Shown: positions 61,913 to 64,000 of the stretch, in pieces
Layout: every line of letters starts with the position of its first letter
Numbering within the stretch: position 1 is the first letter of the stretch
From: an uncultured delta proteobacterium
Lineage (GTDB): Bacteria; Desulfobacterota; Binatia; UBA9968
Length of the DNA: 64,000 nucleotides
Direction of reading: 5' to 3'
Assembly: GCA_963771465.1 (NCBI GenBank)
Contig: CAVYTU010000017.1
Span: 800,001 to 864,000, forward strand
Made by a program: the position numbers and the translations under genes
The notes under the pieces: generated by a model
Told to the model about the DNA's origin: nothing
Database searches by the model: none
What the model saw: only the letters and a program-made list of their open reading frames with translations

Positions 61913-62518
61913 ATGAAAAGATTCGATTGTCTCAAAGCTGTGGCGGCGGCTGCTGGCGATGCGCTCGTGGTCAGCTCGGCCGGCGCGATGACCTTGGAGT
62001 GGAACACGATCCATCCGAGCGACGGCAACTTTCGCGTGCGTACGTTGGGGCTTTGTTCGTCCATCGCCCTCGGCATGGCACTGGGACTGCCGCGGCGAAA
62101 AGTTATCGCTCTCGACGGCGATGGTTCGTTGCTGATGAATCTAAGTTCGCTGGCGACGATCGCGCGCATGAAACCCAGCAATCTTCTTCATATCGTTTTC
62201 GACAACGAAGTTTACGAAGCGTCCGGCAGCAAGAAAACCGCCACCGCTGCGGGCACGGACTTGGTCGGCATGGCGCGCGCCGCGGGGATAAGAAATTCAG
62301 ATTGGACCAATTCCCTAGAAGAATTCGCGCCAGCGGTGACCAACGCAATGAATGGCGGCGAGTTGTGTTTTATCGGCGCCAAGGTCACCACCGAGCGTGC
62401 TCAGGTGGCGCCGTTCCCGATCGACGAAGTCGAGAACAAATATCGCTTTATCCGCCACATCGAAAAAACCGAACAGATCGCAATTCTCAGTACCAGCTTG
62501 CCGGCAAGCTACGTTTGA
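61913..62518 (+). CDS. comE: Sulfopyruvate decarboxylase beta-like (TPP-binding domain)
   Basis: DGDGSLLMNL...FDN. Confidence 0.75.
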   Translation: MKRFDCLKAVAAAAGDALVVSSAGAMTLEWNTIHPSDGNFRVRTLGLCSSIALGMALGLPRRKVIALDGDGSLLMNLSSLATIARMKPSNLLHIVFDNEVYEASGSKKTATAAGTDLVGMARAAGIRNSDWTNSLEEFAPAVTNAMNGGELCFIGAKVTTERAQVAPFPIDEVENKYRFIRHIEKTEQIAILSTSLPASYV

Positions 62519-62548
62519 GAATTGTTTTCGCGACGACATTCCTCAGTC

Positions 62549-63565
62549 ATGAAAATCGACATCGAGTTTAATTCCGGTGCGCAGCTGCCGATGGATGCGA
62601 TCCCGGAGCTCGCGCGCCTCGCTGAGGCCCATGGCTTTGACTGCGCCTGGGGCGGCGAGGCCAACAACAAGGATCCCACGGTGATGCTGTCGGCCATTGC
62701 CGCGGTTACCACCCGGTTGAAAGTCGGCTCGGCGATCTATCATATCCTCGGTCGCACACCGGCGACCCTGGCGCTTCAAGCGGCGGGTTTGGACGAGCTT
62801 TCGGGGGGCCGGTTTCTCTTGGGAATCGGTTCGTCCAATCCGACCATTGCCAAGTGGCATGGACAGACTCTCGATCACCCGCTGGGCCGCGTGCAGGAGT
62901 ATATCGACATCGTGCGCGCCGCGATGGCCGGCGAGAAATTGAATTACCAGGGCAAATATTTCACCGCGCAAAATTTCAAGATGGCATTTAAGGCGTCGGG
63001 TCGGACCATGCCAATCTATTTGGCCGCCTTCGGTTCGCAAATGACACAGCTGGCAGGGCGCATCAGCGACGGCGTACTAATCAATATGGCCAATCCTGCG
63101 GAGATTCGCCGTATCGCTGACGAAGTGCGGGCCGGTGCGGTAGCCGCCGGCAAAGACCCGTCGCAGATGGAGATTATCTGCAAAATCCGTTGTTCAATTG
63201 CGCCGAATTACAATGTCGCCCGCGAGGCGCTTAGCCACGCGCTGACTTACTATGCTTTGGCCGACTACTATCGCGACTTACTCGGACGTATGGGATTTGC
63301 ATCTGAAGTCGAAGCGATGCGCGCGGCGTGGAAGGCCGGTGGATTTCATTCGGCGCGCAGGTTAGTCACCGACGAGATGTATCGATCGTTGCCGTTGGTC
63401 GCAGCGACCTCGGCGGCGCAAGTCGTCGAGCAGATAAAGCCCTACGTTGATGCCGGCGCGACCAGAATTATTTTACCCTACGTGGCGGCCTCGGATGACA
63501 TTGTCGGCGAGTTAAGAGATTTTATTCATTACTGGAGCCCCGCAATTACGGGCGCGATCGGTTAG
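62549..63565 (+). CDS. LLM-class flavin/F420-dependent oxidoreductase
   Basis: AEAHGFD; LSGGRFLLGIG; IYLAA. Confidence 0.88.
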   Translation: MKIDIEFNSGAQLPMDAIPELARLAEAHGFDCAWGGEANNKDPTVMLSAIAAVTTRLKVGSAIYHILGRTPATLALQAAGLDELSGGRFLLGIGSSNPTIAKWHGQTLDHPLGRVQEYIDIVRAAMAGEKLNYQGKYFTAQNFKMAFKASGRTMPIYLAAFGSQMTQLAGRISDGVLINMANPAEIRRIADEVRAGAVAAGKDPSQMEIICKIRCSIAPNYNVAREALSHALTYYALADYYRDLLGRMGFASEVEAMRAAWKAGGFHSARRLVTDEMYRSLPLVAATSAAQVVEQIKPYVDAGATRIILPYVAASDDIVGELRDFIHYWSPAITGAIG

Positions 63566-63578
63566 CAGGAGAAACACG

Positions 63579-63980
63579 ATGCCATTTGAACTCATCGATC
63601 CCAAAGGCCTGGAAGCGCCAGTTGGTTATGCCCACGCTGCCAAGATTACCGGAGGCGCGGTTGTCCATATCGCCGGCCAAGCGCCTTTTAATGAGCGGGG
63701 TGAGGTTGTTGGCAAAGACGACTTCGTCGCGCAATTCACTCAAGTGATGGGCAATCTCAAGACGGCCATCGAAGGGGTCGGCGGCAAACCGAATCAGTAC
63801 GCGGCATTGACGATTTATATCACCAGTCTGGAAGCGTACTGGAGCAATAAAAAGCCGCTTGGGACCGCCTATCGCGCCGTATTTGGTAAATATTTCCCCG
63901 CCATCACCTTGGTCGAGGTTAAGCGGCTTTATAATCCCGATTGCATGATCGAGATCTCCGGGATCGCCGTCATCGACTAG
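63579..63980 (+). CDS. RidA/YjgF family protein
   Basis: GYAHA; IAGQ; FPAITLVEV; IEI. Confidence 0.88.
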   Translation: MPFELIDPKGLEAPVGYAHAAKITGGAVVHIAGQAPFNERGEVVGKDDFVAQFTQVMGNLKTAIEGVGGKPNQYAALTIYITSLEAYWSNKKPLGTAYRAVFGKYFPAITLVEVKRLYNPDCMIEISGIAVID

Positions 63981-64000
63981 TCGCTAGCGTCGGTTGGACT

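Overview
A 64-kb bacterial window. Gene content (many NMT1/TauA-type binding proteins, a ccsA-hemACDB operon, sigma-54 systems) suggests a deltaproteobacterial/Ca. Binatia-like genome; this is an inference. Many genes carry single-base frameshifts that look like long-read consensus errors. About 1-31 kb is an accessory envelope/stress island: BON, YtxH, DUF3185, DUF3309, Mn-SOD, cardiolipin synthase, MlaEFD-PqiC, RlpA, dodecin, a collagen-OmpA protein, two Crp/Fnr regulators, a histidine kinase/sigma-54 activator pair, and a KaiC-like ATPase with a PAS hybrid kinase. About 31-64 kb holds catabolic and transport genes, a dpp operon, heme biosynthesis, a periplasmic cytochrome cluster, penicillin acylase and a ComDE-like/LLM/RidA operon. 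The ORF track misses two main signals. (1) A four-copy sigma-54 regulon: a tandem 16-bp palindrome (TCGACC-N4-GGTCGA, 5-bp spacer, second degenerate copy) lies 109-111 bp upstream of a GG-N10-GC promoter in front of four small-protein operons. (2) Two probable selenoproteins, a GST with UPYA and a signal-peptide peroxiredoxin with UxxC. In each, the in-frame UGA sits at the catalytic-Cys position and is followed by a SECIS-like hairpin.
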